From NCBI GenBank assembly GCA_965652075.1, contig CBFGTN010000001.1, positions 64,041-128,040 on the forward strand: DNA of 64,000 nt. Direction: 5' to 3'. This DNA is from an uncultured bacterium. GTDB taxonomy: Bacteria > Chloroflexota > Limnocylindria > QHBO01. The translations under genes were made by a program, and so were the position numbers. A model generated the notes under the pieces. It saw only the letters and a program-made list of their open reading frames with translations. It was not told the DNA's origin and made no database searches. Position 1 is the stretch's first letter. The number at the start of each line of letters is the position of its first letter. Shown piece by piece: positions 29,488 to 38,125 of this stretch.

Positions 29488-29605
29488 CGTGATCGGGAGC
29501 CGATGGCTGACGGTGGGATAATGGCCGCCGCCCAGCCGTGATCCACCGCCGCATAACGAGCGAGCGCACCGTCAACTCGCAGCGCAGGAGGCGTCCGACG
29601 CACCG

Positions 29606-31171
29606 ATGGCGACCACGCCGCGCATGAAGATCACCTACGCCACCCTGTCCGCGGACAACGACGAGCTCCAGTCCGCGTTCGACGCCGCGCTCGAACGGGC
29701 GCGCTCCGAGCTCGGCCGGACGTACCCGATGATCATCGGCGGCAAGGAGCGCCTCGGGACAGAGACGTTCGAGGATCGCTCGCCGATCGATCGCGACGTC
29801 GTCGTCGGCCGCTTCCCGAAGGGAACGCGAGAGGACGTCCGCGACGCGATCGCGGCCGCGCGCGCCGCGTACCCGGCCTGGCGCGACACGCCGTGGCGCG
29901 ACCGGCTCGCGATCCTGCGTCGCGCCGCGGAGCTCATCAGCGAGCGCCAGTTCGACTACGCCGCGCTCATGGCGATCGAGGTCGGCAAGAACCGCCTCGA
30001 GGCGCTCGGCGACGTCGAGGAGACCGCCGACCTGCTGCGTTACTACAGCGACGAGTTCGAGAAGGCGGACGGCTTCGTGAAGCCGATGGGCTCGCTGTCG
30101 TCTGCCGAGAAGACGCGGTCGGTCCTGCGTCCGTACGGCGTCTTCGGCGTCATCAGCCCCTTCAACTTCCCGATGGCGCTCGCCGGCGGTCCCGCCGGCG
30201 GCGCGATGGTCGCCGGCAACACGGTCGTGCTGAAGCCCTCGTCCGACGCGCCGCTCATGGGCTGGAAGTTCGGCGAGGCGCTGCGCGATGCCGGGCTTCC
30301 GGACGGGGTGTTCAACATCGTCACCGGCCCAGGTGAGTCGGTCGGTGCCGAGCTCGAGGAGAACTCCGGCATTGACGGCCTCGTCTTCACCGGCAGCTAT
30401 GAGGTCGGGATGCGGCTGTATCGGTCCTTCACCCAGGACTACCCGCGGCCGATCATCACCGAGATGGGCGGCAAGAACCCGGCGATCGTCACCCGCAACG
30501 CGGACCTCGACGAGGCGGCCGAGGGCGTCATGCGCTCGGCGTTCGGCTTCGACGGCCAGAAGTGCAGTGCCAACTCGCGCGTGTACGTCGAGCGCTCCGT
30601 GGCCCGCGACTTCGTCGACAGGCTGGTCGACAAGGCGCGCGGCATCCGCGTCGGCGACCCGACCGAGCGCGACAACTGGATGGGCCCGGTCATCAACGAG
30701 CGCGCCCTCGACACGTTCACGCAGGCCGTGGACGAGGCGAAGGCCGACGGCGGCACGATCGAGGTCGGCGGCGAGGCCGATGCCAAGTTCGGCTTCTATC
30801 CGACGCCGACGGTCGTGACCGGCCTGCCGCTCGACCATCGGCTCTTCCGCGACGAGCTGTTCGTGCCGTTCCTGGTCGTCGGCGAGGTGGACTCGCTCGA
30901 CGAGGCGCTCCACGAGGCGAACGACACGGCCTACGGGCTGACCGCCGGCATCTTCAGCCGCGACGAGGCGGAGGTCCAGCGCTTCCTCGATACGATCCAG
31001 GCCGGCGTGGTCTACGTGAACCGCCGTGCGGGCGCGACGACCGGCGCCTGGCCCGGCATCCAGAGCTTCGGCGGCTGGAAGGGGTCGGGCTCGTCGGGCA
31101 AGGGCGGCCTCGGTCCCTACTACGTCCAGCAGTTCCTGCGGGAGCAGTCCCAGACCGTCGTCGGCGACTAG
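29606..31171 (+). CDS. Aldehyde dehydrogenase, 1-pyrroline-5-carboxylate dehydrogenase-like
   Basis: EMGGKNP and FGFDGQKCSANSR (catalytic Cys). The N-terminal region resembles the RocA/PruA type. Exact substrate is inferred only. Confidence 0.85.
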   Translation: MATTPRMKITYATLSADNDELQSAFDAALERARSELGRTYPMIIGGKERLGTETFEDRSPIDRDVVVGRFPKGTREDVRDAIAAARAAYPAWRDTPWRDRLAILRRAAELISERQFDYAALMAIEVGKNRLEALGDVEETADLLRYYSDEFEKADGFVKPMGSLSSAEKTRSVLRPYGVFGVISPFNFPMALAGGPAGGAMVAGNTVVLKPSSDAPLMGWKFGEALRDAGLPDGVFNIVTGPGESVGAELEENSGIDGLVFTGSYEVGMRLYRSFTQDYPRPIITEMGGKNPAIVTRNADLDEAAEGVMRSAFGFDGQKCSANSRVYVERSVARDFVDRLVDKARGIRVGDPTERDNWMGPVINERALDTFTQAVDEAKADGGTIEVGGEADAKFGFYPTPTVVTGLPLDHRLFRDELFVPFLVVGEVDSLDEALHEANDTAYGLTAGIFSRDEAEVQRFLDTIQAGVVYVNRRAGATTGAWPGIQSFGGWKGSGSSGKGGLGPYYVQQFLREQSQTVVGD

Positions 31172-31187
31172 CGGAGGGTCGATCCAC

Positions 31188-31601
31188 ATGACCACGCGTT
31201 CGACGCTGCTCGACGAGGTGCATGTCGAGCCCTCCGGCTGGTTCGCGGTCCAGCTTCGCTACGCCTACCTCGCCGGCGAGACGGAGACGCCGACGATGGT
31301 CGAGGATCGCGTCGTCCTGGTCGACGGCGAAGACGAGGAGGCGGCGCTCGGCCGCGCGGTCGAGATGGCCCCCGAGTACGAGGACGACTACGAGACGGAC
31401 GACGGTCAGGCCGGATCGATCCGCTTCGAGGGCATCGTCGCGATCAAGGAGCTCGACGATCCGCCAGCGGCGGGTACGGAGGTCTGGCACGAGTTCATGA
31501 CGGCCGATCCGGAACGTCCGATCACGGCCGACGAGGGCGGCGCGCCGCTCCCGCCGGTCTACCCGGAGGAGATGGCGTTCCCTCGCGCCCACGACGACTG
31601 A
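31188..31601 (+). CDS. Hypothetical protein (DUF4288-like)
   Basis: ATG 31188 after GGAGGG. The acidic small protein (WFAVQLRYAY...EDEEAALGRAVEMA...IRFEGIVAIKEL) resembles DUF4288 as I recall it. Confidence 0.55.
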   Translation: MTTRSTLLDEVHVEPSGWFAVQLRYAYLAGETETPTMVEDRVVLVDGEDEEAALGRAVEMAPEYEDDYETDDGQAGSIRFEGIVAIKELDDPPAAGTEVWHEFMTADPERPITADEGGAPLPPVYPEEMAFPRAHDD

Positions 31602-31617
31602 TCGTCCGTCGCGACCG

Positions 31618-32634
31618 ATGAGCGCCTGGCGTCGAACCGCCTACCGCGCGGCGCGGCCGCTCCTCTTCCTCGCCGATGCCGAGGACATCCACCACCTGAC
31701 GTTGCGGACGCTTTCCTGGACAGGGCGGCACGCGCCGTGGTTGTGCGCCTTCGCAGCCGGGGCGGGTCGAGGCGAGCCGGTCGAGCTCATGGGACTGCAC
31801 TTCCGAAATCGCGTCGGGCTGGGCGCCGGGTTCGACAAGGACGGCGAGGCGATCGAGGGCTGGGCGGCGCTGGGCTTCGGCTTCGTGGAGCTCGGGACGG
31901 TCACGCCGCGCCCGCAGGAGGGCAATCTCCGCCCGCGGCTCACGCGCCTGGCCCGCGACGGTGCGCTCATCAACCGGATGGGCTTCAACAACGCCGGCGC
32001 GGCTGCGCTGGCCGCGCGGATCCGCGTCGCGCGGCCCCGGCTGCCAAAGGGCTTCGTCGTGGGCGTGAACATCGGCCGCAACCGCGACGGGGACATCGAC
32101 GATTACGCGGCGGCAGCCCTGGCGGTGGCCGGCGTGGCCGACTACCTGGCGATCAACGTCAGCTCGCCGAACACGCCGGGCCTGCGGGACCTCGAGGACC
32201 CGCGGCGGATCGGCGAGCTGTTGGCCACGGTCCACGAGGCCGCGTCTGCGGTGCCGCTCGTCGTCAAGCTCTCGCCCGACCTGACCCACAACCGGCGCGC
32301 CGACATCGTCCGCGGGCTGAGGGACGTGGCCGCGGGCGTGATCATCAGCAACACGACGACCGTCCGGGTCGGCCTGCGGTCCGGCCCGGCCGATGAGACC
32401 GGTGGGCTGTCCGGCGGCCCGCTCCGCCCGCTCACGCTCTCCGCCGTTGAGGAAGTCCGGCGAGTCGGTGGGGACGGGCTCGCGATCGTCGCGTCCGGCG
32501 GAGTCGCCTCCGGCAGCGACGCCGCGGCCACGCTCGCCGCCGGCGCGGATCTCGTGCAGCTGTGGACCGGGATGATCTACGCCGGGCCGGGCCTCATCGG
32601 GGAGGCTGTGGCGTCGGCCATGGCGCCAGCCTGA
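31618..32634 (+). CDS. pyrD: Dihydroorotate dehydrogenase (quinone), class 2
   Basis: GLGAGFDKDGEA, GFVELGTVTPRPQEGN, NRMGFNNAG, INVSSPNTPGLR. Confidence 0.9.
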   Translation: MSAWRRTAYRAARPLLFLADAEDIHHLTLRTLSWTGRHAPWLCAFAAGAGRGEPVELMGLHFRNRVGLGAGFDKDGEAIEGWAALGFGFVELGTVTPRPQEGNLRPRLTRLARDGALINRMGFNNAGAAALAARIRVARPRLPKGFVVGVNIGRNRDGDIDDYAAAALAVAGVADYLAINVSSPNTPGLRDLEDPRRIGELLATVHEAASAVPLVVKLSPDLTHNRRADIVRGLRDVAAGVIISNTTTVRVGLRSGPADETGGLSGGPLRPLTLSAVEEVRRVGGDGLAIVASGGVASGSDAAATLAAGADLVQLWTGMIYAGPGLIGEAVASAMAPA

Positions 32635-32683
32635 GTCGGGGCGGTTGGGAGCAGCCGTCCGATCTGAATGGAACGCGCCGGAT

Positions 32684-32804
32684 CGGTCACCGAGGTGCGC
32701 GTCATCGATCCGTCGAGAGTCCACACGAACGGCGCTGCGGTGAAGCCGCTTCGCTCATCGGTCAGAGCTTCACGGATACGGAGCTCCGGTGAATTCGTGC
32801 GTCA
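32684..32804. repeat. Tandem array (about 2.5 units) of a 46-nt hairpin-containing intergenic element
   Basis: The best unit, 32759-32804 (CGGTCAGAGCTTCACGGATACGGAGCTCCGGTGAATTCGTGCGTCA), is 41/46 identical to 50574-50619. It is preceded by a degenerate unit (about 32710-32757) and a truncated unit (32684-32704). Confidence 0.8.
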
Positions 32805-32931
32805 TTCATGACCGGTCGGCTTGGCGCCGGTTCGCATCGGCCGAAGCGCCACGCCTCCCTGCTAGGATGCGTCGATCTAGCCAAGGTGCGCGGGCAGGAC
32901 GCGCCGCTCCGACCACGGAGTGCACCACCTC

Positions 32932-34302
32932 ATGACCACCATGGAAGCCACGTCCTCGCCTGCGGCTGCCCCGGAACCGGCGGCGCCGCACATCGTCACC
33001 GAGCTGCCCGGACCGAGGGCGCGAGCGATCATCGCGCGCGACGAGGCGGTCGCGAGCCCGTCGTTGACTCGCGCCTATCCGCTGGTTGCCGAGTCGGGCA
33101 GCGGGATCGTCGTCACCGACGTCGACGGCAACCGCTTCCTCGACTTCGCCGCCGGGATCGCCGTCTGCTCGACCGGCCACGCTCACCCGAAGGTGATCGC
33201 CGCGATCAAGGAGCAGGCGGATCGGCTGATCCACATCGCGGCTACCGACTTCTACGAGCCGCGCTATCTCGAGCTCATGGAGCGACTGGCGGGCATCGCG
33301 CCGTTCGCGGAGCGGGCCCGGGTCTTTCTCACGAACTCCGGCACCGAGGCGGTCGAGGGCGCGATCAAGCTCGCCCGCTATCACACCGGCCGTCCGGGGA
33401 TCATCGCCTTCGAGGGCGGCTTCCACGGCCGCACGTTCGGCGCCCTCTCGCTCACGAACTCGAAGATCAAGCAGCGCGCCGGCTTCGGCCCGCTCCTGCC
33501 GATGGTCCACCACGCGCCGTTCCCGCGCGTTCGCGCATGGCGCGAGGGCTCCGGCGGCGACGGATCGGCCGAGCTCGAGCACCTGCGCCGGACGATCCTC
33601 GGACGCCAGATCGCGCCGCGCGACGTCGCCGCGATCGTCGTCGAGCCGATCCAGGGCGAGGGCGGCTACTTCCCGGCCCCGGCGTCCTTCCTGCAGGGCC
33701 TTCGCGAGCTCTGCGACGAGCATGGCATCGTGCTGATCGCCGACGAGATCCAGTCCGGCATGGGCCGCACCGGCCGCTGGTGGGCGATCGAGGACGCCGG
33801 CGTCGAGCCGGACATCGTCACCGTCGCGAAGGGCATCGCTTCGGGCATGCCGATCGGCGCCTTCATCGGTCGCGAGTCCCTCTGGACGTGGCCCGCCGGC
33901 GCGCATGGGTCGACGTTCGCCGGCAACCCCGTCTGCGCCGCGGCGGCCCTGGCGACGATCGACGTGATCGAGTCCGAGGGCCTCGACACCGCACGGGAGA
34001 TGGGCGATCGCCTGCGGGACGGCATCGCGCGGCTCGCGGCGGAGAGCGACGTGGTCCTCGACGTGCGCGGCAGGGGCCTGATGATCGGCGTCGAGTTCGC
34101 GAGCCACGGCGCGGCGGAGGCGGTCCAGGACGCGGCGTTCCAGCGCGGCCTGCTCACCCTCGAATGCGGCGAGTCGTCGCTGCGCTTCAGCCCGCCGCTC
34201 GTCGTCGATGCGGCCGCCGTCGACACCGCCATCCGGATCTTCGGTGAGGCGCTGCCCGCCGCCAAGCGGCCGGAGCCCGGGCCGTCCGCGACCGGCGGCT
34301 GA
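32932..34302 (+). CDS. Class III aminotransferase, 4-aminobutyrate aminotransferase-like
   Basis: DFAAGIAVCSTGHAHP, DEIQSGMGRTG, and the PLP lysine in TVAKGIASG. GTG 32920 and ATG 32941 are alternative starts. Confidence 0.85.
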   Translation: MTTMEATSSPAAAPEPAAPHIVTELPGPRARAIIARDEAVASPSLTRAYPLVAESGSGIVVTDVDGNRFLDFAAGIAVCSTGHAHPKVIAAIKEQADRLIHIAATDFYEPRYLELMERLAGIAPFAERARVFLTNSGTEAVEGAIKLARYHTGRPGIIAFEGGFHGRTFGALSLTNSKIKQRAGFGPLLPMVHHAPFPRVRAWREGSGGDGSAELEHLRRTILGRQIAPRDVAAIVVEPIQGEGGYFPAPASFLQGLRELCDEHGIVLIADEIQSGMGRTGRWWAIEDAGVEPDIVTVAKGIASGMPIGAFIGRESLWTWPAGAHGSTFAGNPVCAAAALATIDVIESEGLDTAREMGDRLRDGIARLAAESDVVLDVRGRGLMIGVEFASHGAAEAVQDAAFQRGLLTLECGESSLRFSPPLVVDAAAVDTAIRIFGEALPAAKRPEPGPSATGG

Positions 34303-34313
34303 CGGGAGAGCGC

Positions 34314-34985
34314 ATGGGCGGTGCGAGTCGCGTCCTGATCACCGGCGCCTCCGGCAACGCAGGGCCGGGGGTGATCGCCGCGTTCCTCGAGGCGGGGTGG
34401 CGGGTGGCAGGCGTCAGCCGGCGCGATCCACCCGATGAGCCGGCCGGCGTGGCCTGGGTCCGAGCCGACCTGACCGATGCCGGCGCGGCCGGCCGAATGG
34501 TCGAGGAGGCGGCCGACGCGCTCGGAGGGATCGACGCCCTCGTCTGCCTTGCCGGCGGCTACACGAGCGCGAAGCTCGACGAGCTCAGCTGGGCCGACTT
34601 CGAGAGGCAGATCGCGATGAGCCTGCGCCCGACGGTCGAGGCGGTGCTCGCCGCGCTGCCCGAGCTGCAGCGGTCCGAGGCGGGCGCGATCGTCACCATC
34701 GGCGCCCAGACGGCGCTGAAGCCGGGCCGCAATGCCGGGCCGTACGCCGCGGCGAAGGCCGCGGTGGCGACATGGTCGCTGGCGCTCGCGGCCGGACTCA
34801 AGGCCGATGGCGTCCGCGTCAACTGCGTCCTGCCCGGCACGCTCGACACCGCCGCGAATCGAGAGACGATGCCGGACGCCAAGCGGGACGCCTGGGTCGA
34901 GCCGGAAGCGCTCGGCCGGCTGATCGTCTACCTCTGCTCGCCCGCGTCGAGGCCCCTCACGGGAACCGCCATCCCGATCGGCTGA
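34314..34985 (+). CDS. SDR-family oxidoreductase
   Basis: LITGASGNAG (Rossmann motif) and YAAAKAA (YxxxK). Confidence 0.8.
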   Translation: MGGASRVLITGASGNAGPGVIAAFLEAGWRVAGVSRRDPPDEPAGVAWVRADLTDAGAAGRMVEEAADALGGIDALVCLAGGYTSAKLDELSWADFERQIAMSLRPTVEAVLAALPELQRSEAGAIVTIGAQTALKPGRNAGPYAAAKAAVATWSLALAAGLKADGVRVNCVLPGTLDTAANRETMPDAKRDAWVEPEALGRLIVYLCSPASRPLTGTAIPIG

Positions 34986-35001
34986 GGATCCCCCGACAGC
35001 G

Positions 35002-36120
35002 TCAGTTCAGAAGGTCGGAGAGGCTCGTCAGGGTAAAGCCGCGGTCGCGCAGCCCAGGGACGATGAGCTGGAGAGCGTCGAGCGTCTCGTAGCCGCCGAG
35101 GTGGAAGAGGACGTTCGATCCGTTCACCGCGTTGCTCACCACGTTCGCGGCGATCTGCGCGGCGGTCGGGCCACCCGAGCTCGTCGGCTTCCAATCGACC
35201 GTGTCGATGTCCCACAGGAACGTCTTCGTGTAGCCGGCCGCCGCCGCCGCATCGATGACCCCCTGGCTCAGCGAGCCGTACGGCGGCCGCCAATACGGCT
35301 GCGGGTTCTGGCCCGTTCCGTCGCGCAGGATGGCCTCGGCATCGGTCAGCTCCTGGCGAATCCGGGCGGAGTCGAAGGTGCCCGTGCAGGGCGCGGTCGT
35401 GGGCGAGCCGCCACCGCCGCGCGCGAGGTCACAGTGGTGCATCGTGTGGTTGGCGATCTCGAACAGGTGCGGGTTGTCGCGGATGATCGCCATCACCTGC
35501 TGGCCCTTCTCCGTCTGGCTCATCACGCCGGTGGCGAAGATCGTTGCGCACACCTCGTGGTCGACGAGGAAGTTCATGATGTCGACCGCGGGATCCATCC
35601 GCCCGCCCATGTCGAAGGTGAGGGCGACGCCCGCGCCGGCGTCGGGGATCGTCCGGAAGGTCTGGGCCGAGCCGGCCGCGACGCGCTCGTTGGCCGTGCA
35701 GCCGGAGCCCGTCGCCGGCGGGGTTGGCGACGGCGGGGCAGGAATCGGCGTGACCCCGGGATCCCCGCTCACGATCAGGACCCAGCCCGGTTCGATGATC
35801 GACGCGTCAGCCACCAGCGACGGATAGCGCCCCGCGTTCCATGCCTGGAGCTGCGCGGTCGTCGTCGCGAAGGCCCTCGCGATTGCCGACAGCGTGTCGC
35901 CGCGCTGAACGGTGTAGGTCGTGCCATCGATCGGGCTCGGCTCGCCGCTGGGCGTCGGCATGACGCTCGGGCCGTCGGACCCCGACGGCTCGGGCGAGAA
36001 CGTTCCGCCGCCGGGCAGGCCGACCGTCGGCAGTGACGGCGACGGGGACGCCGCCGGGCCCGCGCACGCAGACACGGCAAGCAGCAGCGCAAGAAGGCTC
36101 GAAAGCCGGGTGCTGCGCAT
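35002..36120 (-). CDS. LysM-domain polysaccharide deacetylase lipoprotein
   Basis: Start at MRSTRL (36120). Lipobox LLAVSAC, LysM domain YTVQRGDTLSAIARAF...AWN, and NodB-type motifs TFDMGG and HTMHH. Confidence 0.85.
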   Translation of the reverse strand: MRSTRLSSLLALLLAVSACAGPAASPSPSLPTVGLPGGGTFSPEPSGSDGPSVMPTPSGEPSPIDGTTYTVQRGDTLSAIARAFATTTAQLQAWNAGRYPSLVADASIIEPGWVLIVSGDPGVTPIPAPPSPTPPATGSGCTANERVAAGSAQTFRTIPDAGAGVALTFDMGGRMDPAVDIMNFLVDHEVCATIFATGVMSQTEKGQQVMAIIRDNPHLFEIANHTMHHCDLARGGGGSPTTAPCTGTFDSARIRQELTDAEAILRDGTGQNPQPYWRPPYGSLSQGVIDAAAAAGYTKTFLWDIDTVDWKPTSSGGPTAAQIAANVVSNAVNGSNVLFHLGGYETLDALQLIVPGLRDRGFTLTSLSDLLN

Positions 36121-36124
36121 CGGC

Positions 36125-36853
36125 CTAGTTCGGGTTGAAGCCGATGTCCGCTGGCTGGACCGGGGGCAGTGCCCCGTCGTCCAGCAGGCGCGCCTCGCGT
36201 TGGAGGAGGTGGAGCTCGGCTCGGAGGCGGGCGGCAGCGTCCGGGATCTCGAGCAGGAGCTGCTTGCGCGACAGCTCGATCTGCAGCAGGCCGCCGATCG
36301 CATAGCTCGCGGCGACCGGGTCGTCCGGCAGGTGGATCGGCTTGAGCATTCGGTCGAGTGAAGCGGCCACGTCGGTTGGCTCCTGCGGTTCCGTGCGGCC
36401 AACAGACGCCGCGCGCACCGCGAAACGTTTCACGGTGGCCAGGTAGGCATCGAGCGCGCCCTGCACCTCGGGCATGAGCCGCGCCGCGTCGTCGCCGATC
36501 GGATCTCCGAGCTCCGTTGCCTCGACGACCCGGTACGGCGTTTCGCCGCCCGGCGCCGACGCCAGCCGAACCCGCGCCATCCCCACGCCGATGAGCATCC
36601 ACCGACCGTCGCCGAATCGCTCCGCGCTCCGCACCTCGCAGATCGTGCCGACGTCGTGGACCGCCGCATCGGTCCCGACCTCCGAGCCCTCGGTGATCAT
36701 GCTCACGACGAACCTGCCCGCGTAGGGCGAGTCCTCCCCGACGAGATCGGCGGTCATCGCCCGATAGCGCTCCTCGAAGATGTGCAGCGGGAGCGGCAGG
36801 TGCGGGAAGAGCACGGCGTGGAGCGGGAAGAGCGGGAGTCGCATCGGCGGCAT
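36125..36853 (-). CDS. LON substrate-binding (Lon N-terminal) domain protein
   Basis: MRLPLFPLHAVLFPHLPLPLHIFEERYRAM is the typical start of stand-alone Lon N-domain proteins. The start is ambiguous (36889, 36853 or 36844). Confidence 0.8.
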   Translation of the reverse strand: MPPMRLPLFPLHAVLFPHLPLPLHIFEERYRAMTADLVGEDSPYAGRFVVSMITEGSEVGTDAAVHDVGTICEVRSAERFGDGRWMLIGVGMARVRLASAPGGETPYRVVEATELGDPIGDDAARLMPEVQGALDAYLATVKRFAVRAASVGRTEPQEPTDVAASLDRMLKPIHLPDDPVAASYAIGGLLQIELSRKQLLLEIPDAAARLRAELHLLQREARLLDDGALPPVQPADIGFNPN

Positions 36854-36902
36854 CCTCGCACCCGCCCCACGGGCTGGCAACCGGGCCACGGCCGGCTTCC
36901 GG

Positions 36903-38000
36903 TCAGCGCTCCGGCGTGATCCGCATGATGCGACCGAGCTCCGAGGTCGCCCACACCGACCCGAACGCGACGGTCACGTCCCCGGTGCTGTGGACGCCGT
37001 CGATCGCGTCCACGATCTCCGCGCTCGCGGGATCGATTCGGACGAGGAACGGGTCCGTTCCGCGCACCCAGACGGCATCCGCGGTTGCGAAGATGCCGTT
37101 GCTGTCCTCGAGACCGGTCCCGGCGTCGACCTCGGCGGTCACCTCGCCCGTCGCCGGGTCGATCCTCACGATCGTCGGCGCGCCGTCCGGTGCCTGAACC
37201 CCGTGCTGGCCGTAGAGCGAGACCCACAGGGCGTCGGCGGCCACCGCGATCTGGCCCGCCCCCTCGATCCCGTCGTTCAGCGGTTCGACCTCGTTCGTGG
37301 CCGGGTCGATCCTCAGGACCGTGTCGTCGGTCGGGCTCGTGACCCACAGGGCGTCCAGGCCGAAGGCCATCGTGCCCGCGAGGTGGCCGAGCGGGATCGT
37401 GGCGACGACCTCGTTCGTGCTCGGATCGACCCGGATGACCGTATCGGGACCGATGGCGGCCGTCGCGAAGGCCCACATCGTTCCGGCGCCGTACGCGAGG
37501 CGGCTCACGCCGAGCGGTGCGTCGAACGGCACGTCCGCAACGATCTCGTTCGTGGTCGGATCGATGCGGACCAGGCCATCGGGCCCGCAGGCCCACACCG
37601 CGTCGGGGGACGCGCCGATCCCCTGGCACACCCGGCCCGGGATCTCGATCAGGGCGACGACCTCGTTGGTGGCAGGGTCGACGCGCTGCACGGACGGCGG
37701 CACTCCGTCACCCATCAGCGGCCCATCGACCGTGACGACCCACAGCGAGCCGAACGCCTGTGTCGGCAGGTCCGGTCCGCCACCGGTCTCGATGGTCACC
37801 GCCACGCGGTCGTCGGCTCCCGCCGCGGACGCGCTCGGGCTCGGCTCGGATGCCGAGGGCGAGGCCGATGCGAAGCCGGACGCACTCGGGGTCTCAGCCA
37901 CAGGTGCGGATCCGGGAGCGGCCGGCGCGCACGCCGCCGTTGCGAGCCCTGCGATCAACGCCAGCCGGACCCCGGCGCTGCGGATGCGTGGTCGTGCCAT
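36903..38000 (-). CDS. Beta-propeller repeat lipoprotein
   Basis: Lipobox LATAAC and a Ser/Ala/Pro linker. Six to seven repeats of about 40 aa each contain [VI]R[IV]DPxTNE[VI]V. YncE/Vgb-like propeller. Confidence 0.65.
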   Translation of the reverse strand: MARPRIRSAGVRLALIAGLATAACAPAAPGSAPVAETPSASGFASASPSASEPSPSASAAGADDRVAVTIETGGGPDLPTQAFGSLWVVTVDGPLMGDGVPPSVQRVDPATNEVVALIEIPGRVCQGIGASPDAVWACGPDGLVRIDPTTNEIVADVPFDAPLGVSRLAYGAGTMWAFATAAIGPDTVIRVDPSTNEVVATIPLGHLAGTMAFGLDALWVTSPTDDTVLRIDPATNEVEPLNDGIEGAGQIAVAADALWVSLYGQHGVQAPDGAPTIVRIDPATGEVTAEVDAGTGLEDSNGIFATADAVWVRGTDPFLVRIDPASAEIVDAIDGVHSTGDVTVAFGSVWATSELGRIMRITPER

Positions 38001-38125
38001 CGTTCGGTCTCCAGATGTGTGCGGACGACGCGATCCTCACCGGGCGGATGCGATGGCCGCATCGGTGCGATCCCTCGAGGTGGCGAGGGATTCCCCGGTA
38101 GGCAGCCCCCGGGCCCTGTGCCACG

